From Balanoglossus misakiensis (Eukaryota; Animalia; Hemichordata), in NCBI GenBank assembly GCA_040954595.2, contig CM082582.2:7194063-7258062 (forward strand): a DNA stretch of 64,000 nucleotides, given 5' to 3'. Within the stretch, counting starts at the first letter, position 1, and each line of letters starts with the position of its first letter. The notes below the pieces were generated by a model. The model had not been told where the DNA came from, searched no databases, and saw only the letters and a program-made list of their open reading frames with translations. This document shows positions 24,401 to 36,964 of the stretch, piece by piece. The position numbers were made by a program, and so were the translations under genes.

Positions 24401-27400
24401 ATGAGTGGATCAAACCTGCGTACCCCGAGCCTATCAACATCAAGCAAAAAAAATCAAATGATCACTGCTCATTAGATTTTTCCTGGCACAAATTGGAAAA
24501 TTACGACACAGTCAATGTGTCCTTAAATTTATAACATTTACACATTTTTATGTAAAGTTGTGATGAATAGGAGAGTTTCACTTCTTCTGACATCAAATAT
24601 TGTCAGAGAAACTACAAGCAACTGCATAAACCTGTAAAAAAATGAAATGAGTCAGAGAGAAAAAAAGCCGTTGAAACCATGACCTACTTCAGTTTCTTTC
24701 TGGGTGAGCCTTCGTCTTCAGCGAATCCCTTGGCAAGTTCTTCTTTGAGGTCAAAGTCTGGACCGCACAGCTCACTCAATCCTTCAAGGTCACTTTTCAC
24801 CTGAGATGAGTGAAATGACAGAAATACCACTTCATAATTCGTCATTTCTTGTTAATCACATTAATATAAAACCACACTTTTTATCAATACCTTGTATCAA
24901 CTGACTTTAGCATTAACTCGTATCCATCTGTTAATGGCAAGATGACAAGGTTTAAGAATTGAAGATTTACAATGAATTGGGTATCCATGGGATATATATC
25001 TGCCATGCTGAACACTTAAATAAACACCGGAAAATGAACAAAACATGGAAAATGCGAACCGACCCTCACCATATCCATGTCTATGTCCGGATCGTCCAGG
25101 GGCGGAATGGTCAGCCAGTAGTTGATTCTCTCGTCTTCGATCTCGCCGACCAGATACAGCGCCCTGGTGTTGAACTGGGTGGCTAGATTCTCCGGCGATG
25201 GCAGTGTGGGTTCCATCAGCTCCGTCTTGGCGCTGCTGTCGTCCGGCGCCGAATTCAACGCCTGGGCCAAGTTGGTCACTTCCACCAGCAGGGTGCCCAT
25301 GGCATCGTCATCTTTGCAGCTGTCCTGTAAGGTGTATGTACCGCGGTAAACAGAACAACATCAGTGGCCTGAGTAAACCAATTTCTTCAAAGGGTACATG
25401 TTGTTCAACCTTTCCATATACAAAATCATCATTTTGCGCATTTGGCATGATTTCTTTTAATGGCCGTCTGTATCTCACGTTTGTAATCTTAGCTATTTTA
25501 TAGTAGTTTCTTTTAGCTTTTTATGCATATAGATGCAGAGATTGAGTTGTGTAGAATCACATGCACAAACATAGACAATGCCCCTTGAGCATTCTCCACA
25601 CAGAGACAAGTGAGGATAGTTTTAACCTAGCTAAGGAGTCTGACCATGGTCTGCTAATATGGTGTCCAGTCAGACTCCCTAGGTAAGTTTAAACTCATCC
25701 ACGCCAGTCTCTGTGTGGACTATGCTGCTCCAGACGTTTGAGAAGAGAGCCTCTTACCATAAGTAGTTTCTCCAGTACTTTGACCGGATGGTCCTCAGCC
25801 TGGCCATCGTTCCAGCGCAGCAGCGAAATCAGCTGACCTTCACTGATGGTGTATGTCCTGACTGTGGCCGTCTCGGCCTGCTGGTCATCGTCCAGGTTCT
25901 CTGGACTGATCAACAATTGCAAGAGTTCCAAGAAAGTGGACAGGGTCGAGAGGCAGTCCGCGCTGTCCTTGTTGAAGGTGGACGCCAGCTTCTTGAAGAG
26001 GTTGTAAAATGCGTCGGTGTTCCTTTCCAGGGTGCTAGAAAAAATCAGAAAAATGGTTCTGATCACCAGCAACAAGGCATATTCAGAAATTCAATGACAC
26101 ATACCCTCTTACAGATTTTGGCAGTGATGGTAAATAATTTGAATAGAGAGAGAGAGAGAGTAATCTGGAACTGAAGCCAGTACACTAACAGTGACTCCTG
26201 AAGTAAATGCCATTTTCCAGGACATTTAAGAACTGGTTTACAATTAACCCATGCACATGCTACAGACTATTTTACTCATCGTCATTGCACAAGTGACGTC
26301 ATCTCATGAAAAAACTCACCATTTCAGATGATAAAATCCGTAGTCATGTTCTGTCAACATGACCAGTGTGCGTAAACAAAGCAGTATAGTTGCATAAGAC
26401 TGGTCCATATTGCCGATATGTTCCAATATGGAATTGACAATTAACTCTAAGTGTTCTCTGGTGGGTAGACTGCTTGCTAACTGCTCCTGCAGAGATGTGG
26501 AAGAATCTATGGGCATCAGGGTTATTTCTGGATCACACATAGACTGAATTATGGCCTGAAAGAGGAAAAAAACAATTACTCAATTAGGGCGATTGGATCA
26601 TCAATTTTACATGTATTCAACTTGCCTAACCTGTGGAATAGCTAGTCCCACACAGTATCTGACCACGATCATCAGTGTGCATAATGAATTCATTGCTTAA
26701 ACACAAGCAGCTGTATTTCAACATTCAAACTTGCAGACCAGACTTTTCTAAACTCACCACGATACACTCCTGCGACTGTAGATGCGAAGCCTGTTCAGAC
26801 GCAGTGTTCAATATCGTCAGCAGTCTCGTCAAAACTTCAGCAAATTTCTCGTCTGCTTTCACACTGTAAAAAGCAGAAAATTACCATTATTTAAGTTATA
26901 TGAGACAAATACTCTGGCTACTAATATAATAAACATCACATCCACTGGTAGACTAATACTCAAACATTTATTCTGAAATACTTGTGACGTGAAATACAGT
27001 AATATCAAAAAGTATATGAAGCTAATGAATATTTGTTAAGGAAAAAAAATACTAAAGTTGAACAGCAGCCATTAATTTGTTTGTGTTAATAACACCTATT
27101 TTTCGCACATGCATGATTCTATTTAAAATGTTCTTACTTGGATCTGAGGAAATGCAGCAATGGGGCCTTGACAGGTGGTTGTGATACTAAGTACATGATG
27201 AGTGTGAGGATACGATTTGCGTGTGGAGTGCACGGTTCAACCGTCTTGTTTTCGTCTTTGGTGTCTTCCTTATTGCTCGTCTTGTTCAGTTCCTCCTGGA
27301 GCATTTCACACATGTACCTGTAACACAACAATAAAATGTTGACGTACATGCATCATTAAGGGGTGCAGCAGAGATATTGCCAGCTTACCGAAGCAACTGA

Positions 27401-30400
27401 AAAGTGTTCTCAAACAACTTCAAAATAAAATGTTCCAAAGACATGCGCGTATTTGAGCTTCAGATATGTATCGTTTCTACTGTTGAAATTTACGAGTTTT
27501 TCGAGTCGTACCTGACAATGAGTAATGCTGTAGGAGTGGCCAAGTCGGCCAACTGCCAACAAACCCTTCTGAGAATATGTTGTAAGGGATGGTACCCAGT
27601 ACCTTAAATGAAACATGAAGTCATGTTAGTACACTTACACAAATGCAAAATATAAGCCTTTGAAAATAAATAATATATTATATCATTGAAAACCCATCTC
27701 AGCTTAATATACATTAATAAGCGAATTGCACTGTATCATCCATTGGTAGTTATATTTCACAGGTAGCTGCACCAGTGAAACCCTAGTCTTTCAAAAAGAC
27801 CTCACCAGTAACACACACACTCATACACACACATTCCCCTACCTGCTAAGTCTCTGATTATTGTTTGTATTTGTGGAGCCAGACTGTGTAAATGTATGCT
27901 CCACAGTTTGCGTGTATTCAAGGCTTGTTGGATTTCATCCGGTGATAGCGCCTGCCAAGGAAAAATCACAATTTCTTATAAACCATTGCATACATACAGA
28001 CATACAGACATCAAGACATGTATACAAGCACAAGTCCTTCCAGTCTATAATCCATCATGGTCAATATTGTTGAAGGGGGGGGGGGGGGGGATAAGTAAGT
28101 AGAATACCTGTCAACTGACCAGAACTGGTATGTGAGCCCTTACAATGTCCTGTCAACAACCGAGTCTTGTGCCTTGGGAGTTGACAAACCTACCTCTTGT
28201 ACTTGCATTGGTAACGGCAGTGGTAGTAGCTCAAGCAGCAGGAACAGACCGCTCATGAACGTGTAGGGAGCTGACGGGATGTACTCCAACACTCCTTTTA
28301 GCATCAACGTCCACACACTGTTGCTCACGGCTGGAATGGCAAAGTTTGTCCGTTATTGGATTTCATCATGAAAAGCTTGATAGCATGGCCTGGTGTGCAT
28401 GCACACTATACTACAAAGGCAGCTTAATGCCAAAATCAGATATGTATACACTATAAAATGAAGTAGCTACCAGCTGGTGGATTTTTGATAGCAAGCTAAA
28501 TGTATAACTTGTATTCTTATACATGCATGTACTTACCATCCTCTGTGTCTGCATTGAGTATGGGTTTGGTGAAAGTCAGCAGGATATCCACCATCAGAGA
28601 CTGGACTCTGGCTGTGTCTGCAGTCAGTATGTTACTGGTTGGTGAGCACAGCACTGTGTGTAATGTCAACAGGGCTGCGACCAGTCTGGTGTCTCTGAAC
28701 TGCAAGAGGGACAGACAGAGAGACAGGCAGTCAGAGAGACAGGCAATGAAAGCCAGCCAGATGGAATTTGTCATCTATGCATGATTTCAGTAGCAAAAAA
28801 AAATTAATTTTTCCAACATGACAATGACTCAATCAATCATAGACTAGAAAACAAAGGACGTAATGGTATCAAATGTACATGTTTGTGTTCAATGTGATCA
28901 TCCTTAGTCTTACCTCAGCTGCCGTGCCATGGAGAAGTTGTCTAAGCATTCTCCTGACCAACATCAAAAGCGGGAACACCATACACTCAATGATGTGATT
29001 CACACTGCTGGGGTGTGGAAACCCTTGCTGCCATGGACGTAGCAGGAAATCTCCAAGTTTCTATAAACCAGGAAAAAGACATGGAGAGAATTTTACCTGT
29101 GTATTACTATTACAAACACATGTCTATGGAAGACAGTGACATGTAGTTTTGCAAGAGGTGTTTAAATGCCAGAATTTCACACCCATGTCCATACACAACA
29201 TCGTTTGGTAACTGGTTCTATTTTTGCCAGTGTCGTTACGTCTCCTACCTTGAGAACTGCTATAGACGTATCCATGGCATCTGCCGAGAATAACTGGATG
29301 ACTGCCAGGTTGTACTGCAGGTTTTTCTGGTGCTCTGAAAAGTATCAAAGAGAAAATATTCATATTTAGACAAGTGTCCAGATTAGATAGAGTTTGGATT
29401 AGACAGATTTTACTGTAAAAACAGTCAGGCAAATTTTACCTTGCGACTCGTCTTGTTCACAGTCTGGACACGCTATGTATTGGAGTATCCGCAGTGCTGT
29501 CACCATGGGTGGTCCGACCGTGGACAGGTTGGTGGATATCTCGCTGGTGTTGTTCTTTATGGTCTCCACTAATGGCTCTATGCTGCCGAGATCGTACTTC
29601 AATCCCTGGCTTGGTGATAACCACTTGGACAGCTCTGTGTCGAATGTCAACATTTTATACAATGGCGTGTGAATGAGAGATCGTAATTGCAACAGTGGGG
29701 CATTGCACTTGACAACAGCTACATGCATTTTGCAAGAAAATAATTTCTGTGGAAAATTTAACTGAATTAGATCACTATTGGTTATGTGACACCTCGTGCG
29801 CAACAGTATTATTTTTACCAGCACGATTTAATTTAGAATGAGTTATGACACAACCCGCTTACCTGACTGTTCTGGGCAGACCGCATGTAATTTAGCTGCA
29901 TAGTTTCTGAAAGTGGCCACATTATCGCAGTACTGTATGGCCAACACCAGCAGTCCTGTAGCATAGCCATAGGAGGCGGATTTCTTTATCTTATGGTCCA
30001 CGTCTTCGTCACCTGAACGAAAAAACAAGAAATTATCACATGGTTAGAGAATTTGCATTTCATCTGCATACATTTGCATACAGAACAGGATTTTTCTCTG
30101 GAAAGTCCTCACCTGTTAACTCTAAAAACGGCAGCAGGCTGTCTAGATTCCCGTCCAAGTTGACGACGTGCGCCACCGACACTTTTCCAATCATGGTGAA
30201 AGTCATGGAGTACGTCGTGTGCAGCGTGTTTATGACCTCCGCGTTGTCTCTGTCCGTCTGCAAGAGGTCCTTCTTGGAGCTCAGGAGGTCTTTGAGCTGG
30301 TCGATGTTCTGCAGAGCCTGCAGGTGGTAGATGAGCTGCAACCCCAGCTGCTGCAGGCTGCCGTCCTCCATGCTGTCCTCGTCGTAGTTGTTGGTCAGCA

Positions 30401-33400
30401 TCTGCATCAGGATTTTGGTCGTTTCGTGGTTGTGCGCCAGGTACAACAGACCTTGGGGGGGACAAATGGTAGACACACTTCATTGCAGAGTTGACGAACC
30501 AAAATTTCAGCGTTCGACTTTACGACAAGAATTTACTCAGCCTCATTTTGAAAATACATGCACCACACAAAGATTTTTTTTGCTTATACAGGATGTTCTC
30601 TTACCTTTCTGGGTTTTCAAAAAGAGCAGCATCAGATCCCGTACGGCGTCGCATATTTCCAGATTACCTGATGTGGCCGGACAAGACACTAGCACCACTA
30701 AACATTCAAGCAACTTTCTGTAGCACAAGACCAAAAAATGTAAAATGGGTTAGTAGGACTCATATTACCGGTATATTGGTTCACTGCATTAGGACACACA
30801 ACACATGATGTCTTTTTCATCAGAACTACATGAGGAATATTGAGGAATTTTAAAACGCTGTCAAATATTGATAGAAAAATTTCCACTGATGTACGAACCT
30901 TGCATTGAAGAAGTGAAACAGTGCTGGGTATGGATCAGAGGTGGACGCCGGCCCCGTTATCTTGGCAGTGGTCGGGAATGCTTTGATGGGCGGCTGCACC
31001 TAACAGAGAAGACAATATGATCATGGCAGAACTGTAAGACTGCAAGTTGCAGAAAAGACACTGCAGAAGATGTTATGATGTGGGGATGCAATAGTCTTTG
31101 TGAATAGCCTACTCTCAGAATAGAATGTACATGTAGCAAGTAGACTATTCGTTGTTCTGTAGTAAACATACGCTGAAAAAGTCATGTGGTAATTAATTAA
31201 TCCATAGAGTAAAATTTTGAACTGCACGAGAAATCCTGAACATGGAATTCTACTTACAATTGTCTGCAAGGCATTCTTCATGATGTACTGTAATTCCCCC
31301 ATACATTCCAAGATGGTCTCCACGTCTTGTGGGCTTGCACTGCACACCACTGCAGTGGGAGATGCCAGGTCGGATTCCACGGAAGGTCCGCGCTCCGACC
31401 GATCCGGGGTGTTTGCCCGGGAGCGTTTCTCAGAACTGTCCAGGAAAACCATCTTTTCCGGGCTCTGCTCTCTGATCGTGGGCAGCTCCATGGGTTCCGT
31501 GTTCTTGGACTCCAGGTCTTTGGTGCTCTCCGGGGGAGGCGGGGTGTTTTCCATAATGCTGGGAAGACACACCAAAGTACGCTTTGTCAGAATTTCTCTT
31601 ATACTTCCATTTGTATTCTGTAGCACTGATTAGCCCTGTGTTTTTGAGCCTGGATTGGCTGGCTTGCTACCTCATTAACTTGACTGGCAGTGTGTGGCTC
31701 GTGCATATTCTGAATGAACAGCCGAGTGGCCTGCTGTGTTCTGGGTCTAGCTTGCTTACAAGACACAGAAGAACCAGCCTACACTGTACTATGGTAAGCT
31801 CTCTACATGTGTTTGCTACATACAAGTACATCAGTTCTGAAAATTAGCCTTTTAGGGATACACTGTGTCTGTCTGACTGTGTAGAAATACACTGAATGAT
31901 GCATCACCCCAGTTTAATTAATAGTAAAACATGGCCCTTTGACATGATACATGAGTGGGGAATGTGGAAACACAACAGCAAAAACCCTCTACCTGTCCAC
32001 GGTCTTCTGCATCGTCTTGAGGGCTTCATACACGTGCGCTTTTCTCAGCAAAGCAGTGAGGGCGGTCACAACCCGTACTGTCTGATCTGAGAGTATCAGT
32101 TTGAGAGCTCGTTGATAGCCACTGCTTTGTTGCTTGTTCTCCGTGGCGTTGTGACCTAGGAACTCCTCCATGCCCACTCTGCAGTTGGTACAGCTGTCTA
32201 GTGCTGTGAAAAAAAATGGATGGAAATCAACACTGAGAAAGTGAACTTTTCCGCAATTTAGCACTCTTTCCATCGAAATAATCAGACAGCTAAATCCTAC
32301 ATGTACACACATAAAGCATTGATATTCTACCAACTTAAACTGAAGCAATAATTTAACCCTCTCTTTCCATATTGAGAGAAAGATATAAATCTTCCTTGGA
32401 ATCTAAATATTACCTTGCAGTGTTTCCAGTTTCAATGAAGACGCCATGTGTTCAGCAAATAATAACGAAAGCAACTTCTCTTGAATATTTGATTCCTGTT
32501 GGATAAAGAAACACAAAAACACATCAGGGTTGGTCCAAAAATAATCAATCGTCATGTAACACACTTATTTCAAGCCAAAGATGAATAGAACAATTCAATT
32601 ATTTGCTAGCTTATCACATGGCCACAGTCAAGAATGACACGATAACTTACTGTAAGTACTTCAGCTACGGTTGGTCCACAACTACACAGGGCGGAGGCTA
32701 ACTTCATTCCAGCTTTCAACTGTTTTATGTTCACGGCTATGGGTTGTGCAATGGCACTGTCCAGGTTCAGCGCTTCAACCACCCAGCCCGCCAACACCTT
32801 GGTACAAGTCTTGTCCAAGTACGCCAGGCCTGGGTCCACTAGATTCGGAAGCTCCTCAAGCACCCCAACCCATCTGTGGAATGGATATGACACAATCGTC
32901 TCTAATTAACACATCTCCATATATGGTTAAAAGAGCATGTCTAAGTCAGGTATCGTAACAGACAGGCTCATATTGCTCTGGTCAAACTTATACATACTAA
33001 ATCTTTACACACATAAATCTTTTACCACACCAAACAACACCAAGGCACGTCAAAACGCAGTGTACTCACTTTGTATCATGATCCTCTACTCGGTATGTGT
33101 TGATGAAATCTTGGATTTTGGTGGCAGATTCCGGAACTGCAGGCTTGTCTTCTTTGCTGATTTTCAACTTTTCTGTTTCGTAGCTGCTCTGGTCAGGAGG
33201 AACAAAAGACTGAACGTAGGAGAGAAAAAAAAGATACAATTAATGTAATATGTCCTTCTTCCTTGCTGAACTCTGACCTCTGACTGTTACAGAATTTGTT
33301 TGGGACAAGATGGCAGGGTTTCACGAAAGCTGACCTTCATTTGTTTAATTAAACTAAGAAGAGAATGACAGAAACAGACTCACCACAGGTGCTGAAAATT

Positions 33401-35925
33401 CACACTGGAATGGATTGAAACTGGATACGTACATCCACGTCTCGTCCACTTCAAAATCAGTCCCCTGAAAGAGATCGGTGATATAATTGAAATAACACTG
33501 AGCAACACAGCTTCAGTTTTTACTGTACATCAATATCAACGCAGTCTTGTTTAATCCAAGTGCATCCATCAGAAAGTAAGCCATAGAAACATACCGTTAT
33601 ACTGCTCTCTTCGTCACCATCATCACTGATTTGTTCATAGTTCATTGTATCATCTTCTTCTTCACCGATCAGAGAACCTCCTCCTTCTATGCATGAATTT
33701 ATAACCGAAAGCAACAAAAATTCTCAGGTCAGATTTTGATATATTTCTATATATAGCAATTCTATGCACATCATGGTGTTTATACAGTGGATGGTGAGAT
33801 TTCAGGATTTCACCAACTGGCAAAAAAGCAATTTTTCATTTTTCATGATGTTGTTCTGTTTTATGATGCTGTAATTGCATAACAACCCAAAGCAGTTGCT
33901 TGTCTACTGATGATTCCAGACACACCCACCTTCATTGATCTCCCCATCCGACGCACCACCCGGCCCCGGCGAGTGTTCCGGCGTCAACGGCTCAAACAGT
34001 TCGTCCGGCCTCTCGGCACTCTCCCTGTCCTCGGGGATCTCCCCCGGCTCGTGTATGTCGTCGTCCAGCGGGAGATTCAACGACTCCGGGGAACTGTCCG
34101 TCTTGGGCGCTCCCGGCGGAGTCCTGGGGCCCCTCCTCTCCCGCGGGGGCGACCTCGGCTCCTGGAGGTCATCCGGCGGGGGTCCCGGGGGAGAGGGCGG
34201 TCTCTGCCGCAGCAGTCTAGTCCTTTCGAGGTCCTCTGGTTTCTGTTCCGCTCCCCCGTACCGCTCCTTGTATTTCTGTCTCCTGGCTCGTTCGCTTTCA
34301 TACTCTCGTCGTTCTCTTTCTCGCTGTCTCTCGGATACGAGCTCTTTTTCCACAGGCTTCATTTCCATTGCTTTGCAATGAGACAAGACGGAACTGAGCA
34401 TTTATGCAACAGATCATTGATTGAGAGAAAACAGTGCTCACCTCATAGATAAATTGAAGAGTGCCACCTTATACTCTTTAATTTCAGGAAAACAATGTAA
34501 ACTTAATCACTGGCCTTAACAAAAACACTGTGAGTGCAGCTCACCTGTCTTCCTGGAGCTCTTGGAAATAGGCTGAGGGGGAGGTGGTGGGGGCGGGGGA
34601 GACGGTGGCATCTCGTCACCCTTTTTGGCCACTTTGGTGATGACACCATATATTGCTACGGTAATGGAGGAATACAGACCCCTCAGTATCACGCCATCTG
34701 TTGGGATCTGCAAGACAAAGAAGTTGACTGTCATTCTTTCATTGTATGTGTTGACACAGCCATGTAAAACATACTGGTACAGTCAAACTTGTGTTAGTGG
34801 CCACCTCTACACATACCGAGGAGTTTGTGATCAACTGTATGTCATTCTTCTCTTCGTATTCTAACGTGCCCAGTCTCTCAAAGATGGCCGAGCCCGGCTT
34901 GCTCAGATTATTGATGAACAACTCCAGTTTGAAAGTACTCGGTGCAGTCCGCCTGGAAGAAAAAGAAAAAAAATGTTTAGTGAAATGAAAAGTGACAGGA
35001 ACTGTGTGGTAACTTACATGTACTACCGGTTGGCTGGCAAAGGGCAGATCTTGAGCAAAATAGTGTTTCTTATGTTTCTTACCCAAGTTTTGACTCATCA
35101 TGAAATTCCTGGTGAGCTCTGGAGCCAGGTGGAAGAACCCGAACTTCATGAATACAGACGGGTCTTGGAAACTGCACGAGGTCCAGATTTAAATCCTTGA
35201 AAGTACAAATGGCAGGATGTCATGATATGATGTATATACACAATCGTTCACATACCATTCAATGCAAGGTGACGTCCATATTCACTTGAAATTGGAGGGT
35301 AATAACCCAGCGATCGCAATTGCAACGAATCAAGCCTTCCATGAGATGAGTGACCGTCGCGACAGTAGAGACTGTGGCTGCAATCAACTGGGCGAAGAGT
35401 TACATTTTCTTGACTCTGGTTTAAAAACTTCCGCCACGGAAGGACCGGTTCGTGGCATTTGCTTGCAGGTGTCCAAGAATAGCCCATCCGATTTCGCCGG
35501 GTACAACTTAAAGCTTCCGTTGTAAGTTGCACAACTAAAGCAGTAACGATGCCGTATGCGATCAATTTAGACATCGGAAAAGTAACGCACACAAAGTGCA
35601 AGGCAGATCTCTTTCGAATGGGAATGCAGTGCAACAATATCAATAGCGTGTTAAAGTAAAAACGAGATCTGATTATTTTGACAGAGATTTGATGAAGTGG
35701 GATGCACTGGACATAAAGTGTACACAGTGCTCGTGTTCTGCTAAATCATTGCTCACCCTAATTTTCCTGCGATCGATAGCGTCATATTTATCGTGCATAC
35801 AAGTAACGTAATTATGCATGTTTTGCGTCATAACTGCAGCAACTTACCTCTCCCGCTTCATGGCTAAACGTCTCACAAAATAACAAGTTGATTTCACCCA
35901 TGTCTAACTCTCCGTGTTCCGCCAT
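21435..35925 (-). CDS. VIRMA: Protein virilizer homolog (VIRMA/KIAA1429), m6A methyltransferase-associated scaffold, ~1913 aa, 35 coding exons
   Basis: The N-terminal VIR_N domain is recognisable (LLFCETFSH..LDLVQFPRPVCIHEVRVLPPG..TFKLELFINNLSKPGSAIFERLGTLEY..TDGVILRGLY), as is the conserved C-terminal motif RPHDIFRQRAQNTSRPPSMHVDDF. Exons in transcript order: 35848-35925, 35083-35195, 34817-34952, 34545-34707, 33930-34370, 33595-33686, 33384-33464, 33070-33209, 32651-32873, 32414-32495, 31993-32203, 31258-31558, 30899-30999, 30605-30717, 30113-30451, 29863-30012, 29440-29634, 29249-29334, 28914-29060, 28537-28699, 28194-28330, 27843-27951, 27512-27602, 27138-27317, 26758-26863, 26320-26555, 25758-26034, 25070-25324, 24688-24800, 24351-24430, 23959-24140, 22696-22867, 22295-22412, 21651-21893, 21435-21522. 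All junctions are phase-consistent and total 5742 nt. One donor is GC. Confidence 0.96.
25618..25695. repeat. 27-bp imperfect inverted repeat (hairpin) in a VIRMA intron
   Basis: Arms 25618-25644 and 25669-25695 match at 23/27 positions, with a 24-nt spacer. Confidence 0.8.
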
Positions 35926-36056
35926 CTTTGTTTACCCATGATGCAACTGAAAAGCACCCTAAGTCTGTTGATAAATGAGTGTTTGGACTGGTCAACGTGG
36001 TTAAGAAAGATAAAGCTAATCCCAGATGGTCAGTGGTCGCGTGACTGATTGGCCAA
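35920..36056 (-). promoter_or_regulatory. VIRMA core promoter / start region with YY1-like, ZNF143(Staf)-like and CCAAT motifs
   Basis: CAAAGATGGCGG (YY1-type) overlaps the ATG. TACCCATGATGCAACTG at 35933-35949 resembles the ZNF143/SBS consensus. GATTGG (CCAAT on the minus strand) lies near 36047. This is a typical TATA-less housekeeping promoter layout. Confidence 0.5.
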
Positions 36057-36964
36057 AGTGGTAGATACCCTCTTCTTCTGGATTTTCCTGATTGCCTACG
36101 TCATCGGAATGGTCATTCTGATTGCCCCGGTTTACATGTGATGAATACTTTGATGTCGTGTTAATCATTATGAACACCAGGACCTCCATTCATCCATTTC
36201 GCGTCAAAGGTTCGTGAACTTTGCGTGGATTAGAGAATATTCATGGAACATTTTATTCTTATAGATTACATTGTACTAGTATGTATCTTCTAACCTTGGC
36301 ACTGCACATCACTGCCAAAGATGATGGCGGCACTAATTTGTGGCATTTTCGCCTCACGAGCTTTCCTTTCACCGAAGGTATATACACTCACCTATTCAAA
36401 TGTAACCACTGTTACCATGGTGTGGAAAATTTAAATATTGCCATATCTCTCTGGCTGGGAATAAAAAAAAACAGACGGCAATACCTTGTGACGTATCCCG
36501 CGTGCCCAGACCCAGATACACATAGACACACACGGAACTTTTTTTATTCAAATTAAAGACACATTTGAAGAAAATTACATTAACCCAACACCTTTAAAGT
36601 ATCTGAATATAAATTATACAAGTACATGTGCATCGAATTTTAGTACATGTACACGTATAAATTCATTCTACAAGTTCATGAGCCTCGTTGCATAAGATGA
36701 TACGTACTTTTATGTAGAATTGCTAAAACACTTGTCAAAGCAAATTATTGCAAGTCACGGATTTTAAGATCGGCTAATGGAAAATACTAGTAATCGACGT
36801 GTAAATACATGTACTGTGTTAGCATGTTTGGCGTTCAGACAGAATTGTTTTGTCATAAGACAGCTATCATAGAAAGGATAAATGTGATCTGCAACAAAAA
36901 TATTAATTTGCTGTAACTACAAATCCGTAACTTCTAATGAATCCGATACAATTAGATGGTGGAT

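Noticed and set aside
31559-31626. N-terminal part of ORF 31021-31626 as coding
   Set aside because: Phase from the previous exon only fits the acceptor at 31559-31560, so this segment is intronic.
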